Shown here one piece after another: positions 30,060 to 40,711 of a stretch of DNA of 64,000 nt (positions are counted from its first letter, which is position 1; the number at the start of each line of letters is the position of its first letter). The notes beneath the pieces are model-generated. The model saw only the letters and a program-made list of their open reading frames with translations. It did no database searches and had not been told where the DNA came from. The position numbers and the translations under genes were made by a program. The stretch comes from Alphaproteobacteria bacterium (GTDB lineage: Bacteria; Pseudomonadota; Alphaproteobacteria; CALKHQ01). The DNA is taken from assembly GCA_965227515.1 (NCBI GenBank), contig CBDDFZ010000001.1:1728001-1792000 (forward strand), written 5' to 3'.

Positions 30060-32569
30060 TGCCGACGCAGGAGTGCATTCAGTCCGTCATTGATGCTTCG
30101 GGCGGTCGGCTTTCGGCCACCGAGGCCGCCGACGTTCTGGAGCGTATGGAGCATCGTCGCGCTGCGTTGCTGGCGTCCGGCAAGATCGATGGGCTGGACT
30201 ATCGCCTTCGAGAGCTGGCCTCGCAGGACGCTGACAGAGTTCGTATGGCGGCCGCTCTCTCAAGGAAGCACGCTGCGCTAAATGCCATCGTGCGAGACAA
30301 GACGGAGGGCGTGGTTGCGGCGCATATGGAGTCCGGTCTGTCACCGCAGCAAGCCGTCCTGGCCGTCCTGGAAGGCGTCAATGCCAATGTCCGCAACGGT
30401 CGGCTGAGCGTAGCGCAGTTGGTCGATGCGTATGAGGCCCGATATCTCACTTCGATGACGGCGGCGTTGAGCCGCGATGTGCCTCTTTGGGAGCGGAGGT
30501 TGCGTGACCGGGGCTTCCTGAATGCTGTGGTCCGCGAGATGTACGAACTGCGTGATGGGGGCCGCCCCGGCACTGTGGGTGACCCTGATGCAGCCAAGGT
30601 CGCCAAGATATTTGCAGAATACTCTGAGCTTGCGCGCCTTGAGTTGAATCGCCTTGGGGCGAACATCAGCAAGCTCGACGGTTGGGCCGGGCCGCAGTCG
30701 TATGACCCGCAGGCGCTGTTGCGGGCCGGACGGGACGCCTGGGTCGATGACATGATCGTCGAACTGGATCTTGACCGCACATTCGAGGGCCTGACGGCCG
30801 ACGATGCCCGCGCAGTGCTGCGCGATATCTGGCTCACGATCACCACCGGGCGCGACAACAGCCTGACGCCCGCCGAGCGGGGCGACTTCACCGGGCCGGC
30901 GAACGTGGCAAAGACGCTGAGCCGGCATCGGGTGTTGCACTACCGCGACGCGGATGCGTGGCTGCGGGTGCAGGAACGCTACGGGCAGGACCACATATTC
31001 GGCGCCATCGCCTCGCACCAGATGCGGGCCGCGCACCTAGCTGCGCAAATGCAGATGCTGGGGCCGAATCCCGAGGTGATGTTGGGCAGCCTGATGGAAA
31101 GCTTGGCGCGCCGGGTGCGTAACGACGCCAACATTCCCGCCGATCAGAAGTCCGGGTTGATCGATGACCTGAGCCTCGAAAACGTCGCCATCAAGTCCGC
31201 GATGGCGGAGATGCAGGGGCTGCACAACACTGTCGCGCCGGGTCGACGGGCATGGACAGCGGCTGCCGTCAGCTCGGCAATCCGGGCGGTGCAGACCATG
31301 GCCAAGCTCGGCACATCGGTGTTCGCCCAGATCAGCGACATCGGCCAGAGCACGGCGCAGCTGCGTTACAACGGCGTACCGATCCATACAGCCTATGAGA
31401 GACAATTCCGCCATGTGCTTGCCGGCCGCCCAACCAAGGAACAGCGTGAAATCGCGCATCTGATTGGTGTTGGCGCAAATGGCATCATCGATAGTGTCGC
31501 GGCGCGGTGGAATGTCGATGGTGGTTTACCAGGGCGCTTCACGCGAGCGGTCAACGGCTTCTTCAAGCTGAACGGCATGACGTGGCTGCAGAACTCTTTG
31601 GAGCGTGCCAATGCACTGATTCTGTCAGCCCACCTTGGCCGGCAAATGACCAAGGCATGGGATGCCGTCGACGCGGACATGAAAAATCAGCTCAACCGCT
31701 ATGGCATTGGAGAGGCCGAGTGGTCGGTTTTGCGCCAGGGCGATTACCGCACGATCGATGGTGAGCGTTACGTCACCGGCGATCGTGTGCGCGATATCCC
31801 GCTGGAAGCCATGGACCCGCTCATCGAAGGCAAGATCACCGAGTTGGCACGCATCCGGGCGCGTGACGACCTGGAAATCAAGCTGCGGACCTATCAGGTG
31901 GACCAGACCTTCTCCGGCATCATCCGACCATCGGCCCGGTCCCGCCGTTGGCTGCTGCGTGGCACCCAGCGCGGCACTGCTGTCGGTGAGGCGATGCGCT
32001 TCTTCGCCCAATTCAAAGGCTTTCCGACTTCGTTCACCGAACGGGCGCTTGGCCAAGCGTTCCTGGGCGGCACCGGCAGCCGTGGTGCGCAGGCGGTGAC
32101 CGTGGCGCACCTTATCGCAGCAACGACCGTGGCCGGCATGATCACCAACATCGTTTATGACTTTCTCAACGGATACGAGCCGCGCGACCCGACGGACCCG
32201 CGCACCCTCATTGCCGGGTTTGCCCGAGGTGGTGGGGCTGGCATCTTTGGCGACTTCCTGTTCGGCCAGGCCAGCTATGGCGTGGGAGCGCTTGAGGCGG
32301 GCCTTGGCCCGGTGGTTGGTGAGACCAGCAAGCTCTTGCGGCTGTGGTACGAGGCCCGAGAGGGCGATGCGGACTGGGCCGATGTGTTCCGCAGCCTGAC
32401 CAGTAACGTGCCAGGCCAGAACCTGTGGTGGTCGCGTTCGGCATTGGACATCATGATCTTGAACGAACTGCGCGAGGCGCTCTCTCCAGGCTACTTGAGA
32501 CGCCAGGAAGGCCGCCGGGAACGGGACTTTGGTCAAAGTCGGATATTGCCGGCCACTGTATGGAGATAG
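30059..32569 (+). CDS. Large internal virion/DNA-ejection protein of podovirus (epsilon15/BPP-1-like) type
   Basis: 836 aa; C-terminal QFK.FP, GGG.GIFGDFL, LGP, P..NLWW, E..SPGYLRR...R....GQ signature recalled from podoviral core proteins. Confidence 0.65.
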   Translation: MPTQECIQSVIDASGGRLSATEAADVLERMEHRRAALLASGKIDGLDYRLRELASQDADRVRMAAALSRKHAALNAIVRDKTEGVVAAHMESGLSPQQAVLAVLEGVNANVRNGRLSVAQLVDAYEARYLTSMTAALSRDVPLWERRLRDRGFLNAVVREMYELRDGGRPGTVGDPDAAKVAKIFAEYSELARLELNRLGANISKLDGWAGPQSYDPQALLRAGRDAWVDDMIVELDLDRTFEGLTADDARAVLRDIWLTITTGRDNSLTPAERGDFTGPANVAKTLSRHRVLHYRDADAWLRVQERYGQDHIFGAIASHQMRAAHLAAQMQMLGPNPEVMLGSLMESLARRVRNDANIPADQKSGLIDDLSLENVAIKSAMAEMQGLHNTVAPGRRAWTAAAVSSAIRAVQTMAKLGTSVFAQISDIGQSTAQLRYNGVPIHTAYERQFRHVLAGRPTKEQREIAHLIGVGANGIIDSVAARWNVDGGLPGRFTRAVNGFFKLNGMTWLQNSLERANALILSAHLGRQMTKAWDAVDADMKNQLNRYGIGEAEWSVLRQGDYRTIDGERYVTGDRVRDIPLEAMDPLIEGKITELARIRARDDLEIKLRTYQVDQTFSGIIRPSARSRRWLLRGTQRGTAVGEAMRFFAQFKGFPTSFTERALGQAFLGGTGSRGAQAVTVAHLIAATTVAGMITNIVYDFLNGYEPRDPTDPRTLIAGFARGGGAGIFGDFLFGQASYGVGALEAGLGPVVGETSKLLRLWYEAREGDADWADVFRSLTSNVPGQNLWWSRSALDIMILNELREALSPGYLRRQEGRRERDFGQSRILPATVWR

Positions 32570-32571
32570 CG

Positions 32572-32799
32572 ATGGACGATGAAGAGCTCGAACGCCGCCT
32601 TGACAGGCTCAGGAGGGCAAACTGGGATACGGACCTAGGCGCCGCCCGCTACATCGTTGAAGACATGGGCTTTGAGGATGCGCTTCGGATGGCGACCAAC
32701 GAATTGGAGCATGGCGCGCCCGATGAGCGCGAAACGTGGGAAGGCATTGTCGGGGCGCTGAACTACATGAAGATGCGCGGCGAGGCGCCAAAAGAATGA
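32572..32799 (+). CDS. Small acidic hypothetical protein
   Basis: GGAG RBS, ATGA overlap with next gene. Confidence 0.55.
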   Translation: MDDEELERRLDRLRRANWDTDLGAARYIVEDMGFEDALRMATNELEHGAPDERETWEGIVGALNYMKMRGEAPKE

Positions 32800-33338
32800 C
32801 AGCCGTGCGTGTCCGCGACCTGCCCGAGCGGCCTTTTCGGTATCGTGTCACCGGGTCATTCCGTGACCAAAAAAGCTTGCAGTGCCGCATTTCGATTGGA
32901 CGCCCGGACGAGCCGGACAAGTCGCGCATCGAGCTGGACGCGGTGCTCGACACGGGAGCTACATCCTGCATCATCCCTCACGAGATCGTAGAACGTCTGG
33001 GCCTGCGAAGTATCGCGAACAATATTCCTCTGAAGACGACTTCGCGGATTGAGAAGAAGAAAGCCTACGTGATTGGGTATGACTTTCTGGACAAAGAACC
33101 CATGCATGACACTTGGTCTGACAAAGCGCAGCGCTGGCGTCAGATCAATTCGGATGTCGCCACCTTTGCAAAGCACACTGGTGAGCTTTGCCGGCTTGAT
33201 GACCGATACGATGTCGTCACGGTGGCGCTGGGCGGCAACCGCCAGGGAAAGGGTGGGGAGGCTATGATTGGCCTGCGCAACCTTGCGCTCGGCGAGCTGC
33301 TGGTGAACAGAAATGAGACCTTCTCGTTCTGCTTCTAG
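32796..33338 (+). CDS. Clan AA (retropepsin-like) aspartic protease
   Basis: AVLDTGAT and C-terminal MIGLRNL motifs. Confidence 0.7.
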   Translation: MTAVRVRDLPERPFRYRVTGSFRDQKSLQCRISIGRPDEPDKSRIELDAVLDTGATSCIIPHEIVERLGLRSIANNIPLKTTSRIEKKKAYVIGYDFLDKEPMHDTWSDKAQRWRQINSDVATFAKHTGELCRLDDRYDVVTVALGGNRQGKGGEAMIGLRNLALGELLVNRNETFSFCF

Positions 33339-33391
33339 GTCGAGACCCTGCATGCCCCGGCCGGCACGGTTCATTTAGGGCGGTAACCAGA

Positions 33392-33715
33392 TTAGCTCCG
33401 CCATTGGCCGGTGCGCAGGTAGTGCCGTATCTCTCGCCTTCTCAGCCATCCCGCCATCTTGTCGCCAAGCAACCAACCGAGGCCGGCGGGCAGAAATATG
33501 CCGGGCAGGATTAATGCGACCGTGAGTTCCCGGCCCAGTGTATCGATTAGCCAGGCGTCAATAGTGCGCCCGAAAAAGAGCACCGCGCCAACCAGAACGA
33601 CTATCCCGATGCCAGTGATCCAGCGCACGCGCTCGCGAAGTACGGCCCGTGTTCCTTCGGGCATCGCCTTCGACGCATCCAGCCATTCGTCAAGGGTGTA
33701 GTCGGGTTGGCTCAT
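33392..33715 (-). CDS. Small membrane protein (2 TM)
   Basis: Two hydrophobic segments, basic C-terminus. Confidence 0.5.
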   Translation of the reverse strand: MSQPDYTLDEWLDASKAMPEGTRAVLRERVRWITGIGIVVLVGAVLFFGRTIDAWLIDTLGRELTVALILPGIFLPAGLGWLLGDKMAGWLRRREIRHYLRTGQWRS

Positions 33716-33825
33716 CTCGCGCAGGTTGACAGGCAATAGGGATCAGCGCAACGTAGAGCGGCCGAACAGGTGTTACCAGCACCTGCCCGGCCTAAGCACA
33801 ACCGACCTATAGAGGAGGTACGGCA

Positions 33826-34356
33826 ATGCCTGATGGCACGCATATCACATCCCTTACATCGCCAGCGATTCCAGAGTCCCTGGGCATTGAGAATGCCTTG
33901 GCCCTGGCAAGCGTCATGTTCAACGCCGGGCACGTCATCGACCAGTCGGACGATGGCGTGACCCTGGAGATCGTCGTGCCGTGGAGCGTCGCGGAACGAA
34001 TGTTCGGTTTCGACGCTGACCTGGAGGACGTGGAGGAAGACTGCGAGGACGAGGGCGCCCAATGCGAAGGGGAGGGCGAGACGTGTGAGGACGAAGGGGC
34101 GCAGTGCGATGACTGCGGCTGGCAGGAGGAAGGCGGTGAAGCGAGCCCAGTGGCAGCGGACGATCCCAACTATGACCAGGACTGTTACGGCAACGATCAC
34201 TACCGGATGGATGCGGGCCGGCATCGCGACCCGCCGCTGACCTACATTCCTAAGGTCATCCCGGAGGGCAAGACGCTGGTCATTCGCGGGCCGGGTGACA
34301 ATACCGAGCTGGTCGATAACGAGGTCATCGAGGCCGGTCGAAAGGTGGAGGGCTGA
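33826..34356 (+). CDS. Acidic hypothetical protein with CEDEGAQC repeats
   Basis: GAGGAGG RBS; Asp/Glu/Cys-rich centre. Confidence 0.6.
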   Translation: MPDGTHITSLTSPAIPESLGIENALALASVMFNAGHVIDQSDDGVTLEIVVPWSVAERMFGFDADLEDVEEDCEDEGAQCEGEGETCEDEGAQCDDCGWQEEGGEASPVAADDPNYDQDCYGNDHYRMDAGRHRDPPLTYIPKVIPEGKTLVIRGPGDNTELVDNEVIEAGRKVEG

Positions 34357-34358
34357 TC

Positions 34359-34688
34359 ATGTCGCTTAGAGTGGATGCCAACCTGCTAGACAGCACGATT
34401 GCCGACCAGCACGAGGGCCTGCAGGTGATGTTTTCAGAGCTTGAGAACGCGAACTGCGCTCTTGCGGGGGACAAGCCGGACGCCTACCGGGCCAACGTCG
34501 CCGTGCAACACTGCCTGTGGATCTGGGGCGTCTTGCACGACTATAACCGCCAGCTTCGTGGGGCAATCGATGCGGCCAGCAAGGAAGGTCGGGCCGGGCT
34601 ACGCGAGGAGCGACAGGCCGAAGTTGACAGGCTGAGGCGGGAACTGGCCGATGCCGAGCGCAACCTGGGCTTCGTCACCGACGACTGA
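34359..34688 (+). CDS. Hypothetical coiled-coil protein
   Basis: GGAGG RBS, helical, followed by terminator. Confidence 0.55.
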   Translation: MSLRVDANLLDSTIADQHEGLQVMFSELENANCALAGDKPDAYRANVAVQHCLWIWGVLHDYNRQLRGAIDAASKEGRAGLREERQAEVDRLRRELADAERNLGFVTDD

Positions 34689-34712
34689 CACTGCGCGTTT
34701 CCGGAACCTATT

Positions 34713-34740
34713 GGCCCCGCTTCGGCGGGGCCTTTTTGTT
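34713..34740 (+). terminator. Intrinsic terminator
   Basis: GGCCCCGC-TTCG-GCGGGGCC-TTTTTGTT. Confidence 0.85.
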
Positions 34741-34876
34741 GCACGCTTGTCGCACGGAATTGCCGCGAGTGGTTCGGAATGGGCAGAAACGCTTGGGTCT
34801 TGTTGCAACTCGATGCGACAAGAAAATGCGCCCAAGTCGATGGGCGCGGCCGCCATTTTCCGTTTGTTTTCAGTGG

Positions 34877-34959
<83 letters not shown>

Positions 34960-35140
34960 CCATGGAGCGCGCCACCGGAACGAGGCCGGGCGCGGCACCG
35001 GAAGCGCGGTTTATAGACAAGCCGGGCGCGGGCGTCCACCCGGAAACGAAGCGCTGGTGGTTGGGGCGGGCCACGCAGGGCCCGCTCACCACCTTGCTTG
35101 GCAATATGGGTGTCGTCGCCCCACGCGGCAACGGGTCGCC

Positions 35141-36109
35141 CTACATATACAGCCGTTCGCCCTCCAGGCCGGCGTAGATGTCGGCGACGAACTCGCCATA
35201 GCCGTTGAAGAGCTGGGTCGGCACCCGCTCGTCGGTGCCGATGATCCGCTCCGACGCCTGGCTCCAGCGCGGGTGCGGCACCTCCGGGTTCACATTGGCC
35301 CAGAAGCCGTACTCGCTGGACTGGATCTCCTCCCAGAAGGTCAGCGGGCGCTCCTCGCTGAAGGTGAAGCGCACGATCGACTTCACCGACTTGAAGCCGT
35401 ACTTCCATGGCGTCGCCAAGCGCAGCGGCGCGCCGTTCTGCTTCGGCAGCGGCTTGCCGTAGAGGCCGGTGACCATGAAGGCGAGGTCGTTGGTCGCCTC
35501 CGCCATGGTCAGGCCCTCGACATAGGGCCACGGATACCACGACTGGGTCTGGCCCGGCGCCACCGACGGGTCCTGGAACGTGGTCATGGTGAGGTACTTG
35601 GCGGACCCCAGCGGCTGCGCGATCTCGACCAGCCGGCTGAGCGGGAAGCCGCTCCACGGAATGGTCATCGCCCAGGCCTCGACGCAGCGCAGGCGGTACA
35701 CGCGTTCTTCCAGCTCCACCTGGCTCAGCAGGTCGTCGATATCGAGGGTCATCTCCTGCTCGACCAGCCCGTCGATGGTGATCTCCCACGGGCGCACGGT
35801 CAGGGCCTGCGCCCGGTCTGCGATCTGCTTGCTGGAGCCGAACTCGTAGAAATTGTTGTAGACGGTCGCGATCTCTTCCGGCGTCAGCGGCCGCCCGCCC
35901 TCGTAAGTGGCGTTTTCCGGCGCCGGGTAGAGGTCGTTCCAGGCGTCGCGCTCGTCCGCCCAGGCCGCGTTGCCGCCGATCATCGGCAGGCTGCCGGCGA
36001 TGGCGCCCGCCGCGGCACCCTTCATCAGGCTGCGACGATTGAGATAGACGTGCTCCGGCGTGGCCGCGCTTTCCGGCAGTTCCCACCCGCGCTTCGACTT
36101 CAACAACAT
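35141..36109 (-). CDS. msrP: Protein-methionine-sulfoxide reductase catalytic subunit
   Basis: Tat motif NRRSLM, YNNFYEFG, RCVEAW, PWKYGFKS.KSI, HPRWSQA. Confidence 0.93.
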   Translation of the reverse strand: MLLKSKRGWELPESAATPEHVYLNRRSLMKGAAAGAIAGSLPMIGGNAAWADERDAWNDLYPAPENATYEGGRPLTPEEIATVYNNFYEFGSSKQIADRAQALTVRPWEITIDGLVEQEMTLDIDDLLSQVELEERVYRLRCVEAWAMTIPWSGFPLSRLVEIAQPLGSAKYLTMTTFQDPSVAPGQTQSWYPWPYVEGLTMAEATNDLAFMVTGLYGKPLPKQNGAPLRLATPWKYGFKSVKSIVRFTFSEERPLTFWEEIQSSEYGFWANVNPEVPHPRWSQASERIIGTDERVPTQLFNGYGEFVADIYAGLEGERLYM

Positions 36110-36318
36110 GCTGCACCGTTCTCCCGGCCCTGTGCGCGACTGGGCGCGCTCACGGCTCGCTGGTTCCAGAATACCATAGAAGCCAATAAGGGCGGGTGCT
36201 TGCAAACGTGCAAGTCAAGTGCTGGTGACTTTTGCGGAGCGAAACGCGAGAATTGCAGGATAACGGTGACCCGACGGCACTGGGGGCATCCCGCCAGGTC
36301 ACCGTTGGCTGCCCGGTG

Positions 36319-36864
36319 CTAGGCAGCCTGCTCCAACGACACGGTGTTCTCGGTCAGGAGAACGCGGGACACCGCGTTGATCACAGCGGCAATCCGCAAT
36401 GCGGCCTGGACCTGGGTGCTCGACAGGCCGTGCTTGCGCAGTTCGGCCTCATGCGCGTCCAGGCACATGCCGCAGCCGTTGATGGCGGAGACCGCGAGCG
36501 AGAACAGCTCGAAGTCCGCCTTCTCGATGCCCGGCGTGCCGATCACGTTCATGCGCAGCTTGGCCGGCATGGTCTTGTAGGTGTCGGCCGACAGCAGGTG
36601 GACGGCGCGGTAGTAGACATTGTTCATCGCCATGATGGCGGATGCGGCGGCCGCCGCGTTCTGCGCCTCGGGCGACAGCTTGGCGCTGGCCTCCGCGGCG
36701 ATCGCCTTCACAACGTCGGGCTGGCCGACCGCATGGGCGCTGGCCAGCATGCAGCCGTACTTCTGCTGGTCGCTGAGCTCGGACTCGTTGGCAAGCGAGC
36801 CGAGGTTGAGCTTCAGGTCCTTGGCGTAGGCGGGCAGCCGCGCCTTCAGGTCTTCGATCGACAT
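36319..36864 (-). CDS. ahpD: Alkyl hydroperoxide reductase AhpD
   Basis: [30 protein letters not shown]. Confidence 0.93.
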   Translation of the reverse strand: MSIEDLKARLPAYAKDLKLNLGSLANESELSDQQKYGCMLASAHAVGQPDVVKAIAAEASAKLSPEAQNAAAAASAIMAMNNVYYRAVHLLSADTYKTMPAKLRMNVIGTPGIEKADFELFSLAVSAINGCGMCLDAHEAELRKHGLSSTQVQAALRIAAVINAVSRVLLTENTVSLEQAA

Positions 36865-36915
36865 CTGATCCTCATGTCATTGGAACGTGCGGTCGTTTGT
36901 TCATTCAAGTCGGCA

Positions 36916-36986
36916 CCGGCCCTCTCCCCCACCCGGCCACCCAGCAATCATACTGTCGTGGGTGGCCGGGTGGGGGAGAGGGCCGG
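36916..36986. repeat. 28-bp perfect inverted repeat between ahpC and ahpD
   Basis: CCGGCCCTCTCCCCCACCCGGCCACCCA / TGGGTGGCCGGGTGGGGGAGAGGGCCGG. Confidence 0.85.
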
Positions 36987-37015
36987 CGCAGATTTCGGCG
37001 TCAGCTAATCCAGAC

Positions 37016-37576
37016 CTAGGCCGCGATCTGCAGGGTGTCGCCGCCGACCGCGCGGTTGCACGGGCACAGCTCGTCGGTCTGCAGGGCATCGAGCACGCGC
37101 AGCGTGTCCTGCGGGTTGCGGCCGACGTTCAGGTTGGTGACGTAGACGTGCTGGATCACGTTGTGCGGGTCGACCACGAAGGTCGCGCGATAGGGCACGC
37201 CCTCGTCGACATTGCGCACGCCAAGCTGGTCCATCAGCTGGCCGGTGGTGTCGGCGAACTGCCAGATCGGCAGCTCGGCGAGGTCCGGGTGGTCGCGGCG
37301 CCAGGCCAGCTTGACGAACTCGTTGTCGGCCGAGCCGCCCATCACCACCGCGTCGCGATCCTCGAACTCGCCGTTCAGGCGGCCGAACTCGGCGATCTCG
37401 GTCGGGCAGACGAAGGTGAAGTCCTTCGGATAGAAGAAGATGATCTTCCACTTGCCCGCGAAGCTGTCACGGGTGATCGGCTCGAACGCGCTCTCGCCGT
37501 TCTGCTCGTGCTGCATGAACTTCGGCTTGACGCCGGTGACGGTGAACTCGGGAAGGGTGCTGCCAACACCAAGCAT
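37016..37576 (-). CDS. ahpC: Peroxiredoxin AhpC
   Basis: FYPKDFTFVCPTE, VGRN, DELCPCN. Confidence 0.95.
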   Translation of the reverse strand: MLGVGSTLPEFTVTGVKPKFMQHEQNGESAFEPITRDSFAGKWKIIFFYPKDFTFVCPTEIAEFGRLNGEFEDRDAVVMGGSADNEFVKLAWRRDHPDLAELPIWQFADTTGQLMDQLGVRNVDEGVPYRATFVVDPHNVIQHVYVTNLNVGRNPQDTLRVLDALQTDELCPCNRAVGGDTLQIAA

Positions 37577-37673
37577 GTGCATTCTCCTCAATTTCGGGAA
37601 CTCGGGGCCGCCCGCAAGGGTCGCGCGAGGCGGTGACGCCGATGAATGTGGGCGACCGGCAGCCAAAGAAAAA

Positions 37674-37710
37674 ATTGATAATACGAAAGCGTGCTATAGA
37701 TATTATCTAT
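37674..37710. promoter_or_regulatory. Putative OxyR operator
   Basis: ATAG-N7-CTAT at 37696-37710 overlapping the oxyR start, between divergent oxyR and ahpC. Confidence 0.7.
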
Positions 37711-38623
37711 GGATATGCCGACACTGCGCCAGCTTCAGTTCCTCGCCGCCCTGGGCGACACCGGCTCGTTCTCGCGCGCGGCCGAGGCATGCCGGGTCAC
37801 ACAGCCGACTTTGTCGTCGGCAATCAAGGAGCTGGAGGCATTGCTGGGCGTGACCCTGGCCGAGCGGGAGGCGCGGGGTGCGCGGCTGACCAACGCGGGC
37901 GAGGCGGCGGTCCGCCGGGCGCGGACCATTCTGGCCGATGCCCAGGATTTCGTGTCGTCGGTGCGCGCCGCCGGCAAGGCGCTGTCGGGCCCGTTCCATC
38001 TGGGCGCGATCCCGACCATCGCACCGTTCGTGCTGCCGCAGGCGATGTCGGCGCTGCATCGCGACTATCCCGACCTGCGCCTTTTCCTGCGCGAGGACCA
38101 GACCGCGCGGCTGATCGATGCGCTGCGCATCCGCACCCTTGACGCGGCGCTGATCGCGCTGCCGTGAGAGGCGTCGGGCATCGAAACCCTCTCCCTGGTC
38201 GACGACGAGTTCCTGTTCGCCGCCCAGGCCAGCCACCCGCTGATGGCCAAGAAGACGCTGGCCCCGACCGATCTGGTCGGCGAGGAACTGCTGCTGCTGG
38301 AGGACGGGCACTGCCTGCGCCAGCACGCGCTGAGCGTTTGCGCGCGCGCCAATCGCGGCGCCGGGGCGGAGGTGGCCGCCACCTCGCTGAACACGCTGGT
38401 GAACATGGTGGCCGGCGGCCTTGGCGTATCGCTGTTGCCCGGCATCGCGGTCGCCAACGGGCTGACCCTGGGGCCGGACGTGTCGACCAGGCGCTTCGCG
38501 ACGCCGGTGATCGGGCGCAGCATCGGCATCGCCTGGCGGGCCGGCTCGCCGCGGGTGGACGAGGCGCGGCTGATCGGCGACGTGGTGCGCAAGGTCTGCC
38601 GGTCCAATAGCCAGCAGGGTTGA
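37709..38623 (+). pseudogene. oxyR: OxyR (LysR family) interrupted by in-frame TGA at 38165-38167
   Basis: HTH half (TQPTLS) and sensor half (LEDGHCLR......VC, ATSL.TL..MV) lie in the same frame on either side of a single stop. Confidence 0.85.
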
Positions 38624-38657
38624 CGCTGCGCGCGGCCATGGGCATATAAAAACCATC

Positions 38658-38711
38658 ATGCACGTTCCAGGCGCCTTGGCACTCCTACGACTTAGCATCC
38701 CGACGGACTGA
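38658..38711 (+). promoter_or_regulatory. Putative leuA leader peptide MHVPGALALLRLSIPTD
   Basis: TTGACG-17-CATATA promoter just upstream; Leu codons TTG/CTC/CTA/CTT clustered. Confidence 0.65.
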
Positions 38712-38849
38712 CCCGTCGGTCGAGGCTCGCGCGCCCGAGCCGAAGTGCATTTCATCGAATAGCTGCGATTCCCGGCACGTTCATGCCACTCAGCCCCGCG
38801 ACCCGCGCCTGCATGCGAGCAACCCTCCGTTTATGGTTAACGGATATAA

Positions 38850-40607
<1,758 letters not shown>

Positions 40608-40648
40608 CCAGGTCTTGCGGCCGGGGCGGTCGATCCGTCTCCGGCCGC

Positions 40649-40694
40649 CCAGCCTTGATCAATATCCAGCCTTGCTCAATATCCAGCCTTGACC
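40649..40694. repeat. 17-bp tandem repeat (about 2.6 copies)
   Basis: CCAGCCTTG(A/C)TCAATAT repeated upstream of pmbA. Confidence 0.7.
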
Positions 40695-40711
40695 ATTCTA
40701 CGGAGGCCCCG

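Noticed and set aside
38165-38167. Selenocysteine recoding in oxyR
   Set aside because: TGA is not at either conserved redox Cys, and I could not identify a convincing SECIS
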